DNA from: Ylistrum balloti
Taxonomy: Eukaryota
Assembly (NCBI RefSeq): GCF_031769215.1
Contig: NW_026781981.1
Coordinates: 930,001-994,000, forward strand
Direction of reading: 5' to 3'
Length of the DNA: 64,000 bases
Shown here: in pieces, positions 11,114 through 23,599 of the stretch
How positions within the stretch are numbered: the stretch's first letter is position 1
Layout of the letters: each line of letters opens with the position of its first letter
Made by a program: the position numbers and the translations under genes
The notes under the pieces: generated by a model
Told to the model about the DNA's origin: nothing
Database searches by the model: none
The model's input: only the letters and a program-made list of their open reading frames with translations

Positions 11114-13139
11114 TTACTCATTGTCACTGTCAGACTCAGACCAGTCCTCAATCATCATTGCGTCATCAGCACAGCTGAGGTAGCTTGATGAGGCAGTTGG
11201 GTGTGCTATCCTAGGCTGGTGTCGCTCATAAGAAAGGTACCAGAGAACAGATGCAATATGGGCACAGCAGCCCACTACCCTGGCACCAACCTTACACTGG
11301 CAATACCAACCAGATATAGGAGTCAAACCAGGGGAATACTCAATCCACAGGTTGTACAGTTTCGAAGCAACATGTCTGGAACGAATCTGAACTTTAATTA
11401 AGCCAGGCTTTTCCCTGCATGCCATTAATTCATACTGGCCATCTTCAGACAAGTGCTCCATGGTATATGACTTTGCCTGCTTCAACTGATATACTCCCAT
11501 GGTAAGATCTCTCAACTCCGGTTCTGTCAGCTGAGGAAAGTCAGGCAAACTGGCCTCATCAAGCTTGACCCATATGGCTCTTTTCCTAGCCAAACCTTCT
11601 TTTTCAACTTGAATTTGCAATTTATTGGGACATTTTGACAGAGCCAACATTCGCTCAGCAATGATGAGGTCATTGGGTTAATCAGAGGCAAGTGGGGGGC
11701 GAAAAGCATTACAAATTGCACACACAATTCTCACAAAATCACCTACAACTGGAATGAGAGTGTTGGGCAAAACATGTCCCAAGGTCTTCCACTGCTTAAT
11801 CCGCCCATTTGCCGACTCCACAACCCACCTTACCTTTGTTACAAGACGAGATTCGTTTGCCTCAGTATGTGTGTGTTGTTTCTGCCCCTTTGGCAAGAAA
11901 AATGGCATTTCTGTTTTGATGCCAGCATCATTCAACAGTTCTGTCACATCTCTGAAGCCTCTGTCAACGACAAGAACATCATCATCTTGAAACCAATCCT
12001 TGATGTTCTCAGTGTTAGTTTTCAACATGTGTTTTGTAATGTTGGCGTCCTTATTTCGACCGTCTACTAAATATGGGCCTAGGACAGACAGTATATAGCC
12101 ATCTGAGGCCACAAGAAGCATTGGTTTCAGGAGAGGGCGTCCTTTGTGCATCGAAAAAGAGCGTCGTTGGAAAGTATAGTTGCTGGACTTTTCAACATAA
12201 ATATATGTGCCATCAGCAACAGCTATAGCGACATCTTCACCAGAGGCAAACATCTTCCTTGCAAATACCGTTGTATGGTTTTGAATTACTTGTTCTCTAG
12301 TGATGTGTTGCAGGCCAAGGTGTGAAGGAACGAAGTGGGTCATCAATGCTTGGCGAGCTGAATGAATACATTTTCCACATATTCTCTTTGTCATGTTGAA
12401 CAGAGAAGCTAATATTGATAAAGACATGCCAGTCCTCAACTTTACAAGCAGGATGGCTAATGCAGTCCTTGTGCTTCTGTTCAGTGTAGAGTAAAGAGAG
12501 GGATTAACTGATCGTAAAAGGTCAGAAAATTGATTTTTATACAGACCTGTGAGACGGTAGTAATCTTGATCAGTTAATCCATCTGAGGAATCAAAGTCTA
12601 AACAACTTTTCTTTGAAGCAGCTGCCCTAAGTGTCAAAAGGATCTCTGATATTTCAGAAGAATCCAGTTCAGTGTCTTTGCTGGAATATGCGAGTGAAGA
12701 TAGACTATCAGATGGGAAATCACCATTCACTATGTGGGAAGAACAACATCTGCAGGTGTTTGGGACAAGGATACCTGTCTTAATAAAAATCTTTACTCGC
12801 ATTTCTGTTGAGAGCATTACCATTTTACTTTTACATTCCTCTCTTAACATTTTACAAATGAAACATCGAGATTCACCTAATGTAGCCCGTGGAATGTCAA
12901 GTTTGATTTTTTTTGTTTTCAGGTGACTCAAGCTGGTGCTCTACATCGCTACTAGGATGTTCAGTAGATGAATGGTGATTGTAGTATCTTCCCCTGCATT
13001 TTTTACATACGGGGTCACCAAACCTTAAGGCATCATTAATATTTGCTTACAAGTAAGACAGAATGTCTGTTTTATTCAGACAACAGAGCCTTACTTTATA
13101 TTGTGCTTTACAACAAGCGCACTGCCTGTGCACTGGCAT
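11114..13139 (-). pseudogene. Disrupted transposase, about 674 aa: N-terminal Cys clusters, HTH, DDE_Tnp_4-type catalytic domain, C-terminal SWIM zinc finger
   Basis: ATG at 13139 (MPVHRQCACCK...CKKCRGRYY). In-frame TAA at 13049-13047; +1 slip in an A8 run near 12907-12914 (ENKK-IKLDIP); in-frame TAA at 11680-11678 (PPLASD*PNDLIIAERMLAL) joins ORFs 11678-12931 and 11114-11650. Catalytic ADGTY / VVDRGF / WVVESANGRIK; SWIM YCQCKVGARVVGCCAH. Confidence 0.9.
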
Positions 13140-13664
13140 ATTGATAAAAGAAAAGAAAACAGGGCATAAACTTAGAAAACACTCCTCATTAAAACCTTAA
13201 TTTGGATGAACAAAATTATGAACAACAGTTGAATTACAATTATATGTCTAAATTATATGTACAATATCAGTGACAGTCAAACCAAGAAAGTATACTAAAA
13301 TCGCTGAGGTTGTGAAGTGTAGTTGCCACGTATTAATTGTATATATAAGGGTATATGAACTGTCTGAGACAAGGTGCACATGTATACTCACCGGTAGACA
13401 CAAAGATCCTTAACAAGGTATATGTCAGGGGATGGCATTATATCCCGCCATTTTAGCTTAAAGCTCAACCAGCCGTACCAAACTGGTTTAAATATCTCTA
13501 CATTTATCAAGCAATTTATTTTAAACAGTTCTTAATGCAGTACAATTTAACATTTATTTATTAGATATTTATTATCTAATATAATTACATAAGACAACTC
13601 TGATATCAACCAAAAGTTGTCAAAAGTGTGAACCCGCCCCCTCTCATTAATTAATTCTCCATTT

Positions 13665-14087
13665 TCTATAAAGTATTCAAAAATAAATCTTACTAAAGCA
13701 TGACACATGATAAAGGTATTGTTTTTATGTACATTAAGGCAGAAAATTAAGTTCATCTTTAATATAATTAGCAATTAATGAGCTTAATTACCATGACCTA
13801 CTTTTCAACAATGGAATATTTTTTTCAATCAATTTTACTAATGAATGTTTTGATATGGATTATTACATGAAAATTAAGAAGAAAAAATCCAAAAATATAA
13901 TGTAGGTTTGTCATAATGGAGCTGTTTATGAATTTTACCGCCCACTTTACCCCCCATAACTAATGAATGGCTCAGATCTGACCTTAATTTTATGTCATAT
14001 CATGACCGCCTAACCCCAAGGAATTCCTACACAAGAAATAAAAAATATCGGTCATGGCCGCCAGAAGGCCCAAATTGGCACTCCTCC
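13665..14087 (-). repeat. Right terminal inverted repeat of the transposon
   Basis: Reverse complement of 10527 to about 10945; carries an extra 9 bp (TTAATTTTC on the minus strand). Confidence 0.92.
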
Positions 14088-14975
14088 TTTATCGCAATAT
14101 GTTGTTTAATCCATTGGTTTTTTAACATAGTCTTCCCATTTCCAATTAAAACTCGTGTGTTTTATCTCGTGCGTTAGCAAAGTCGTTTGATACTCGTTAC
14201 TATGTCTTGGTTGTATCATTGTTATTAGAATTGTTCTCATTTGATAATTTGACATTCATACTTGTAATGGTCAAAGCCTAGGCTTGTGTAGTCACTGAAG
14301 CAGAAACTGTTCAATGTTCGTTCCGAAACACGTGGTCTTATTCTCCTTATAATTTTTCAAATCATCTAATTAAATTAATATTTTATTAATTTTCCTCCTC
14401 GTTGCAATTAGTGTTTGAATGAGTAACCTATCAATATGAAAACAATTACATGAATGTAACATATCTCTAATAAGATTTCCAAATGCATTTCGCCCTTCAT
14501 GTGCCTTTTATTACTAGTCAGTGTTTCAAGAATATCTATTTATACGTGTATATGTACAAGCTATGTTCCTGAAGCGTTGTTTAGATATTGCGAGTAAAAC
14601 GTTCCTAATTTCTATTTCTGCAAGATTATATTTATACATATTAGGCATCACAAGGCGGTGTTTATATTTTAAATTACTTGTATCAGCAAAATGTGTCGTT
14701 TCAAAGTACCCAATGGGCTAATAATAGATTGGTGACTCATAAACAACATCGTTCCGAACTATATAATTACATATTTCAATTAAACACATTTCTGCTGTTT
14801 TTTGTTCTTTATTTTATTCTTTATAACACAATACAAAAATACAAAATACCTTTATCTTCGAAATATAGATAAAACAATGTTTAGTCTTCACATTTACAGA
14901 ACTAACTGTAATTTCAGTAAGTTGTCGTTTAGTCATCATCATCATCAGATCCAGCATCAGTTGCTGGGACGTCAG

Positions 14976-16205
14976 TCAGTTGAGTAGCAAAAAGGGGATG
15001 AGGAGGAGAAGTGGCCCTAAAACAGGCAAACAATGAATTCTTAATCATATGTACTTTGGAATCATCTGATCAATATCAAAAGTACAACACATATACATTT
15101 ACATGATTAGTATAACATTGAAAAAATCGGAATTACTTAACAATATTCGACATAAAGGTTTGGATATGTCATAACAAAATAACGTGTGTTTTTATTTGAG
15201 ATTTGATGTTTTTGCTCTTTGTTTTAACAACTAGATGTGATATTGGAAATGCAATCGCAACTACAATATATTGTTGAATGCCACCAATGAAAGATGTATA
15301 ATGCAATACGAATTTACAACACATTACCTCTCGATAACAAATTGATACTTACACCAATTGCCGAGGAGTCCTCCCGGTTGTGGTCCGTAATAAAATGGAG
15401 TTTGTGGGTTATTGTAACCGTGTGGTGTGTGTATAGGGTGTGTCATCCAGTAACGTTGGTAACTAGGCCCGCCGTATGGAACACCATGATATCTATATCC
15501 ATACACAGGGAAGCTGTAAATGTTTGGTACGACAGCCATATGACGAATAGACTTCCCATGGTTGCCATGGTTACCATACCCTTGGTTACTGTACCAGGGT
15601 AACTGTTGACCATAAAATCCGTGTGGGTAGGTGGGAACTGGCGCCCATCCGTATGGATATCCATAGAAACCATTCCAGTTGTAATTATTTGGTAAGTAGT
15701 TCGTGCCATAAAAATTGGCTGGATTATAACTATTTCCGTAAAAGGAAGGATTGTAGCCCATTCCGTAGTTGGTATTAGGACCATTGTATGAATTTGGACT
15801 ATTGTATGAATTTGGACTAATGTATGAATTAGGACTATTGTATGAATTTGGACTATTGTATGAATTAGGACTATTGTATGAATTAGGACTATTGTATGAA
15901 TTTGGAGTGTTGTATGAATTTGGATTATTATATGAATTTGGAGTGTTGTATGAATTTGGAGTGTTGTGTGAGTTCGAAGTTTGAAGTGAACTAGGGGTGT
16001 GGTATGAATTTGGATTATGGTATGAATTTTGCGTGTTGTATGAATTTGGATTGTTTTTATAATTGTTGTTAACATTTTGGTTATAATTGGAATTGTAGTA
16101 ACTGTTTTGTTGATTGGTACTCTGTGCAGATGTGAATGCAGCATATACAAAAACTGCACACAGGATACATCTGACGAATTTGGCGTTCCATGGCAACCCC
16201 AGCAT
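14976..16205 (-). CDS. Secreted Asn/Tyr/Gly/Pro-rich repeat protein (candidate shell-matrix or structural extracellular protein), about 297 aa, 2 coding exons
   Basis: Signal-peptide-like MLGLPWNAKFVRCILCAVFVYAAFTSA; 15 PNSYN(S/T)-type hexapeptides; GY/YG-rich C-half. Exon 16205-15353 ends at a GTAAGT donor; acceptor TGCCTGTTTTAG at 15016 gives ...GNWWPLLLLIPFLLLN* (TGA 14978-14976). AATAAA near 14810. The function is inferred from composition only. Confidence 0.8.
15780..16049 (-). repeat. 18-bp coding tandem repeat (15 x PNSYN[S/T]-type hexapeptide)
   Basis: TTGTATGAATT(T/A)GGACTA-type period-18 units on the plus strand. Confidence 0.95.
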
Positions 16206-16420
16206 CCTTAAGCTGTGCTACAAATGAAAATGAAATGGAATCATGAAAATGATATACGAACATGAATGTCATTTCGAAAATAAAAGCATATTAATATTTT
16301 AAAAACCAGTATTATCCAATACGACATTGCTTAACTGTGAAAACAAAGCCAGACAAAATGTCGAAAGGTTGGAAAATTGTCAATAATTGAAATATTATTT
16401 ACTTAAAAGATATAACTTAC

Positions 16421-16506
16421 GTGATACAGTAGAAGTGTTGATTTGAATGCTTCGAAATGTTCGGGTCACCACCAATGGGTTGAAATGAAATTGGACATTA
16501 TTTATA
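16421..16506 (-). promoter_or_regulatory. TATA box and short 5' UTR exon of the N/Y-rich protein gene
   Basis: TATAAAT at 16506-16500 and TCATTTC (Inr-like) about 20 nt downstream; donor CAC|GTAAGT at 16421; acceptor TTTTCATTTGTAG/CACAG just upstream of ATG 16205. Confidence 0.6.
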
Positions 16507-19500
16507 TGTAAAAGTGTCCGGAAGTTTGACCTATACATCGCTAAAACACCCACGATATGAACATTGGTCATCGTATACCTAATGTAAACATGACGCATTA
16601 AAACCAGGAAAACCGCATCATTTCGGGTCGTGTATTCGTTAATACTCATGGCATATCGTCATTAAGGTGTACATCGTCTGACAGTAGATGGGGTGGATGT
16701 GTATCATACCCCCAATAGGTGACCCGTATTAATCATCGTTTTTCCTGTATGGTTATTTATAGAAACGTTTATACATGTTAGTGTGTCGGTCACATAGAGG
16801 CGTTTATCCTGAGATTGGCGATTCTGTTACTGGGATTTAGCTGACATACAGAGGTGCTGTATTTGGCAGCGGCAGAATACGGCTGTATGGGGCATTACTG
16901 AAAGTCATCGCCATTACTTAATTACTTAGATATCATATTTTAGATTTGGAAAGATTTAAACGTTTCTTGTTTAGCTACATATTCGCAATTATTTGGACGT
17001 ATGTCCATAATCAGTGTAGTATCAGCGCTTGTTTAACCTCTATCAGGAATAGAAGTACGATGTATAGTACGGGGGATTCAGTTCGGGGTTCTTTAATGTC
17101 GCACAATAAGAGTTTAAATGTTTGAATATTTTTTGTGATTTGTCACGATCGATACAAATTTTTGTGTTCTTAGGAAGTGTATTCCATCCGAAAATTGCTC
17201 AAATTATGTCATCTTTAGGACGCGCATGTCATGCACGTTTTAGCAATTTATTAAAGCAACCAGATTTCATACACAGCACAATGTTTGTAAAATCATTAGT
17301 CGAATGTAAAATACAAGAAAAATATGCTGGGTCATATGAATGTGGTTAACTATCAATAAAATTCTTATCATGTAGTTTCCCGAAAAGATCACAACAAGAA
17401 GGAGGAACGGAAGGAACATCCTAGAGATACACAGCACTGTCTTGGTAATGCAATGCCCATGTGACAAATAATTCTGTTATCCTATTGTTTTTGGTCAATA
17501 ATTTTACCTGGTTTTTGCCGGATCATGTTGTTATTTTGTTTAATTCGACATCTGCAATTTCATTAAATGTCTACCATTACAATATATACACAGGATCTGA
17601 TATCTTCGTTAATGTACATGAACATCACTTCCGCCTTGTTGATAACTTCGCATCACCAGCGCAAATCTCTAACGCCTGTTCCGGGTTGGTGGGGTTTTAC
17701 CATCAGCTCGAGGTTATCACTGTCTACATATCTAGTGTCCTCACAAGTCTAATCAGGCAGCCGATGCAACGAAGTCCATGTTATGTCTATATGCAATAAG
17801 GTATATAGTTAATAATGGAGTCAAGTTTTAGAAATCAATCAATAAGGTCATTACATCCAATACAGAAAGCAACCAACCTTTGTTTTCAATCTATACACTT
17901 CCTCGTCCATAGAGATATCTCAGCGCTATCATACCATATATCTATTTTATTAATTCCTTCTATATAAATATTTATTGTTTCGTGTTTGTGTCAAAGGAAA
18001 GACAGAAGAGAACTGCCTCGAAAACTCCATATATTTAATTATTTGCAGTAAAATTCTAGTATCAAAAGCATTGTCAGCAGTGCTGTGTATATGATACTAA
18101 CACTGTGCTTACACAATTTATCTGCCCCCAGGACTGAGTAGTACTGTGTGGACATATACTGTTCTTTTGGATGTGATATAGACACACACTGATTGTCTTG
18201 CTATATATATCTGATACCTACAAATTAATATGTACTTAATTCCGTAACACATAGGAAGTAAATATTCGAAAAGATAAAATCGTGATATTAATGCTGATTT
18301 TTTTACAAGAAAAATATTACCTGCATAGACTCAAAACGGCTCTTTGTATATAATACAAGTATCAAAATAAATAATATGTGACGGTATAATAAGATATCAG
18401 ATTTCCGGCCCTTTTACGTTGGCTAATTTGATTTTGAATTTGTCTTATAATCAGTATAGACAGTTTTCGCTTAAACGTCAGCCAAATTCAACGCCAGCAG
18501 TGAGAATAGGGGAACAAGATATGGCGCTTTCATTCACAAAGATCACCATAGTAAGGCGGTAAATAGGTATTAACACAATTAACATACAAATGTATGATTA
18601 CTGAAATACAAAAAATAATTATCAGAAAGGTAGGGAATACATAGGTCTATTGTGAATTCTACAAAATTGTATCCAAACAAACATTTTGTAACCTTAAACT
18701 GGTTTTTGGGTGTGTAGTTACATACAGTTAGAGAGCATTAAAACATTAAGCCAATCAAAAATATGAAGATAAAAATCGAATACGTGGTCCTATGTAATAT
18801 ATTATCTACATAACTCTCTATAGTTGGTTGTAATTCGCTCTATTCGCGGTCAACAATGACATCTCAAACTTAAATATCTAGTATTCATATCTACACTGAG
18901 TGAAAATCACGGAAAATATCTGTTATTTTATATACCTGGACGCCAGTTCATAGATGTAAGTGAGAATTAACCTCGTGAAAGTTCGCAACTACATAGAAAA
19001 AATTGATGTACTAAATAATTTTTCGGAGTCCATATGTAATTTGCTTTAACGAAATTGTTCAAAGGTACTCTCCGAATTATTCAAGAAATGTTTTATCGAA
19101 ATTATTTGGAAACATTTGATCTCTGGTCCCGAACAATACGTTGAGCTGAAATGATATATGTTTGAATTTATGCTATGTTTTATCGACATTATTTACACAA
19201 CACCATGAAAATAATCCTTCTGGTGGATACTTATCTATAAATCATTTGCAGGCCATGGACTTCTGTTTGATGCAGAGCATAAAGCTACTTTCAAGCTTGA
19301 AACATATCACTTTAAGAACAACAAAGAAAATATCTACATGATAACAGAATCTTTATTCAAACCCAAAGTCGATGACAACAATACAAGATATGCACAAAAG
19401 AAAAAGTTATACGGAAACTCGTTAAAAGGTAAAAGGCCGGAAATTCTTGAAGGGTATCCTGCTTCATAGACAACACTCGTGATTAAAGACTAAAGATCTT

Positions 19501-22500
19501 CAAATGCATCGAACATCGTATCACACAAAGGATTTTAATACTTCATTATCATTAAGGCAAATGTTAACTTCCCTATAGTCTTCATCAGCCTGTATCTCCC
19601 AAAACACTGTTTTAGGAGTTAATTTGCCATTTGTTGAAATCATGCATCAAAGTTATTATTTTGAAGACAAATACTTGAATATCGAATTAACTAAGACCTG
19701 CAAACACTATAGGTAGGAGAAGTAAAACTGTTGCTATCCAGAAATGAGAAAATTCACAACAGGAAAATAGAAATCAATATACCGCTTGGTAGCTCTCCCT
19801 GTTAGCTTCGGTGTTTAAAAAGAGCATATTTTGATAAGCTCTTCGGTAAAATCCTTGTATGAAAACAAAACACAAAACACAAATCGGCAATGAACGGAAC
19901 GCAGTTTTCCACCATAGATATACCAATAGTTTGTTTTAAAGATCCTCTCAACAAAGTCGATGAAGACATTTTCTCTCTTAACCACAACAAAATAAAATAG
20001 TTATTTATCGTATACGATATAACTTGCGATGAATGGCTGTTTTAACAGTTTGGACAATATCAACAAAGATATGTATCAGCATTACCAGGATCAACTGAAA
20101 TACAAACCTGTATCTCTCACTGATACTTTTAATATCGTCTATTGAACAACGTTAATTAACGTCAGTTGGTAACAAGGATTATACTTAATGACCCCTTCGA
20201 ATTCTTTTCAAACCTTGCCAGTTATTTTCATTCCGAATGGGAGTACCTTCTTCTCAAATTGTATATGCGGCGTTTACAAAAAACAACAGAAGAGATGTGG
20301 ATGTTCGTGCGTTTCGTTTTAATTTTTGAACTCAAGTTAACAATTCCAAATCAAGTTATAACATACGATAAAATAATAACCATAATATCTAAATAACCAT
20401 GGTAATGTTTCTCTAATTCATACTTTGCCACAGTTTTATTGAATCTGAGTTCGGGTTTTGATTCTATGGTAATAATGGTGTTTCTTTGATGTTATTGTTC
20501 AGTTGAAAAATTACTGTGATATTAGTACCCGCCTTCCTACCATCAGTCAACCAAAATATGTTATAACACAAATATCAGCAATATTGGAAAACAATGATTA
20601 ATGTAATGATACTATTGTTGTGTTACAGTAAATGACCGTGATGACTATATAACGGGTAATCTGAGTACATCTTGACTATGATCTGACCACTTGGGGATAT
20701 TGTACAAGGTTTACTTGCCAAAATATAGGCTATTTAACTTACAATTAATGCTGTCTGGAGTTAGGTCCCTTAATTAACGTTTCATATCTATTGAATACTA
20801 TTAAATCACAGATGATGGATTCAGTATGACCAGAATATTCTTTTAATCACTTTAATACATATTTACATCAATTCTTTCTATATATGTAGTAAAATGCTTC
20901 TTGTTCAATGAATAGATAGCCCAAATATTAACAGTATCCAATTGATTCAGTAAAATAAATATCGGGTAAAACTCCTTGGGGTTAGACATTTAAGTTACAA
21001 AGATAACTAAATTCTTATCAGCTTCTAATAATACTACTTGTAATAGATAAAGACCTAGAAACCTTTCATGGATTTTCTAATTTACTCTTCTCTGCTGAAA
21101 CCGGAATTCTGTACTTACAGGTACTGGGACATTGAGATGAATAGAATTGAGGTTTGATGTTTGCTGTGTTAACTGTCTTTTCCCTTCCTAGGGAAAGGGC
21201 ATATCTATATTTCCCTCCCCAATCCGGAATGCTAGTTTGAAGTATGGGAGAAAGCATGGCCTTTGTTGTCCGTTGCTTGTAATAAGTAAGTCATTTTAGG
21301 TTAAAAGACTCGATGGCCTGCAATCATGCCTTTCATCCAGTCAATGTCCAAAATAAACACACGAAATCAAAGTTTTGATTATTTTTATTTTTACAAATTG
21401 ATTTTATATGAAATTATCACATTTGTCTGAACAGTGATTTTAATCGAAATTACTGACAAATCAAATGCTATCGCCATCTGTTTTTTAATTTGACAATGCA
21501 TTTTTTTATTGTGAAACATTGCTGTTGAAATATAATACGTTAATTTTATTCAAAATGGATTAAAAATGAAAAAAATCGAACTTGCCGACATAGCGTGAAA
21601 AGAAGTGATATTAAATATGTGTACGTAAACAATGTCTACTTCAAAATTCATTTTCAATAAAAATACAGATTTGTTTAAAATTTCCCTACCATAAGTGTTT
21701 ATCGTATTTCATTTATCCTGTTTGATTACGTACTGGTATCTTATGTTGAAGAATGCGAACTCCTCCAAGATAATTTTTCTATTTATGTGTTTATTTTTTT
21801 TTCATGTTTTTTTTTTGTTTTTTTTGGTTTTTTTTTAATTGTTTTTGTTTATTTGTTATTTTGCTTTTTTTTGTTTTGTTTTTTTTTCTATGCGATATTT
21901 TGTTTTTCGTATGGTTTTGCTTAAAATTTTATCAGAAAAATATAGTTTGATTTGTCTGAAGATAACAGGAAATTCTGTAATGTAAAATCATTTAATTTTG
22001 TTCATTTTAGACAAAATGTTGTAACACTTTTGACTTCCCCAATAGATAAAACATCACAATATTTCATGATGATCATATTTTTAATTGAAATTAACACACA
22101 CATACATACACATACGCACACATATATATACATATTCATTTTATTTTGCTAAACCATTCCACCTTTCTACGTTTTATCGGCTACCGGTGTTACACTAATT
22201 AGAGATATAATGTTGATTCAATCCATATACATTTTTTGTGGTTAAAATATTACTTAAACTACGTTTACGCATTTTTTCTCAAGGAAAATCTCTTATATAT
22301 CTTCCACCTGTATTAATTTCATTTCAACACAGTTTATTGACATAAGATGAAAAAGGTAGTTCATTGGATTAGTTTCCATGAGTGGCTGGAGTAGAAGAAC
22401 ATGATGATAGAAAGTGGATATATTTTACCGACAGTTATACATAAACAATGGAAGGGGGACAACTCCCACTTGCCTACATGATAGGATTTACACTAACTTT

Positions 22501-22825
22501 ACATGAATACATACGCACACATTCTAACAAATAATACATACATACAAGTTAACCATTAATTATCATCGTGCCTTTAAGTAGTTGAGCACAAGCATTATAT
22601 ATGGAATACAGTTGTTCGGCAATTTTACTTAAAGTCCATGATGTACAAATGATGTACAAGTCATAATGTTAAATAGTCACCTGGTTAATGAGAATGAAGG
22701 ATAACTGGATAAGGATACAGGACGATAGAGAGGATAAAGAAAACAAAAAAACAAAAACAACAAAAAACAAACAAAAAACAACTATGCTTGCAATGGAACC
22801 GATTGCGGCAGCCCCACCCCCCTTC

Positions 22826-23145
22826 CCAACACACACACAACCCGTTCTGAATGCCGTCCCACTTACATACATAACTACACAACCCGTCCCGAATACCGCT
22901 CACGCCCTCTTACACCCACGCCTACACAACCCGTCCCGAACAACCACCCCACCTTACACACACACACGCCTACACAACCCGTCCCGAACGACCACCCCAC
23001 CTTACACACACACACGCCTACACAACCCGTCCCGAACGACCACCCCACCTTACACACACACACGCCTACACAACCCGTCCCGAACGACCACCCCACCTTA
23101 CACACACACACGCCTACACAACCCGTCCCGAACGACCACCCCACC

Positions 23146-23196
<51 letters not shown>

Positions 23197-23215
23197 CACA
23201 ACCCGTCCCAAACGC
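22826..23215. repeat. 48-bp minisatellite (about 6 copies) with an embedded (CA)n microsatellite
   Basis: CCTACACAACCCGTCCCGAAC... at 22921, 22969, 23017, 23065, 23113, 23193; pure (CA)n at about 23146-23191. Confidence 0.95.
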
Positions 23216-23599
23216 CCACATGAACCTCATCAAAAAAAAGTCATAAAACTAAATTTCATTGAAATCACACATTTATAAAATTCGACTTATCAGAGGCCAG
23301 GAAATCTCGAACAGTCAGTAGCCTACATTTTGCGGATAATTTGTATGAAATGTAGACTCTATCTAAACACTTGCATTGTTACATTATCATCCCTTCTTCC
23401 TGATGTATCCCAATGTTTATGACATAGAACAAAAACTGTAAATAGATATATTAAGCAATTGCCATCTTGGCTAAACAGACTTAATCTTACTCCTCGCAAG
23501 AGATGACGTCATCGAAGTATACAAGATAACGAGTTGTGTCTATGATAAAAAAAACATTTGATTTTCTTAAATTGTGGCAGGGCTTTATAGAAATACACG

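Larger units (their letters stand above)
10527..14087 (-). mobile_element. Cut-and-paste DNA transposon of the PIF/Harbinger-ISL2EU-Spy (PHIS) group, 3561 bp, with long TIRs
   Basis: GGAGGAGTGCCAATTTGGGCCTTCTGGCGGCC... at 10527 is the reverse complement of ...GGCCGCCAGAAGGCCCAAATTGGCACTCCTCC ending at 14087. Near-identity runs about 370 bp (one 9-bp indel, a few substitutions) and decays over about 50 bp more. Encodes an internal DDE transposase. Flanked by AAA and TTT. Confidence 0.93.

Noticed and set aside
11678-11680. Programmed readthrough between the DDE and SWIM ORFs
   Set aside because: The same gene has another in-frame TAA and a homopolymer frameshift, so ordinary decay is the simpler explanation.
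11201-12926. Several small ORFs overlapping the transposase
   Set aside because: Antisense or alternative-frame shadows with no recognisable motifs.
15443-16159. 238-aa alternative-frame ORF and antisense ORFs over the N/Y-rich gene
   Set aside because: Shadow frames of the 18-bp coding repeat; only the 16205 frame has a signal peptide and splice signals.
19250-20300. Protein-like snippets on the minus strand (e.g. TNGKLTPKTVFWEIQADEDYREVNIC)
   Set aside because: Frequent stops, no splice support and no recognisable family; probably an old repeat.
22688-23278. 196-aa plus-strand and 114-aa minus-strand ORFs
   Set aside because: They are translations of the 48-bp minisatellite and (CA)n tract.
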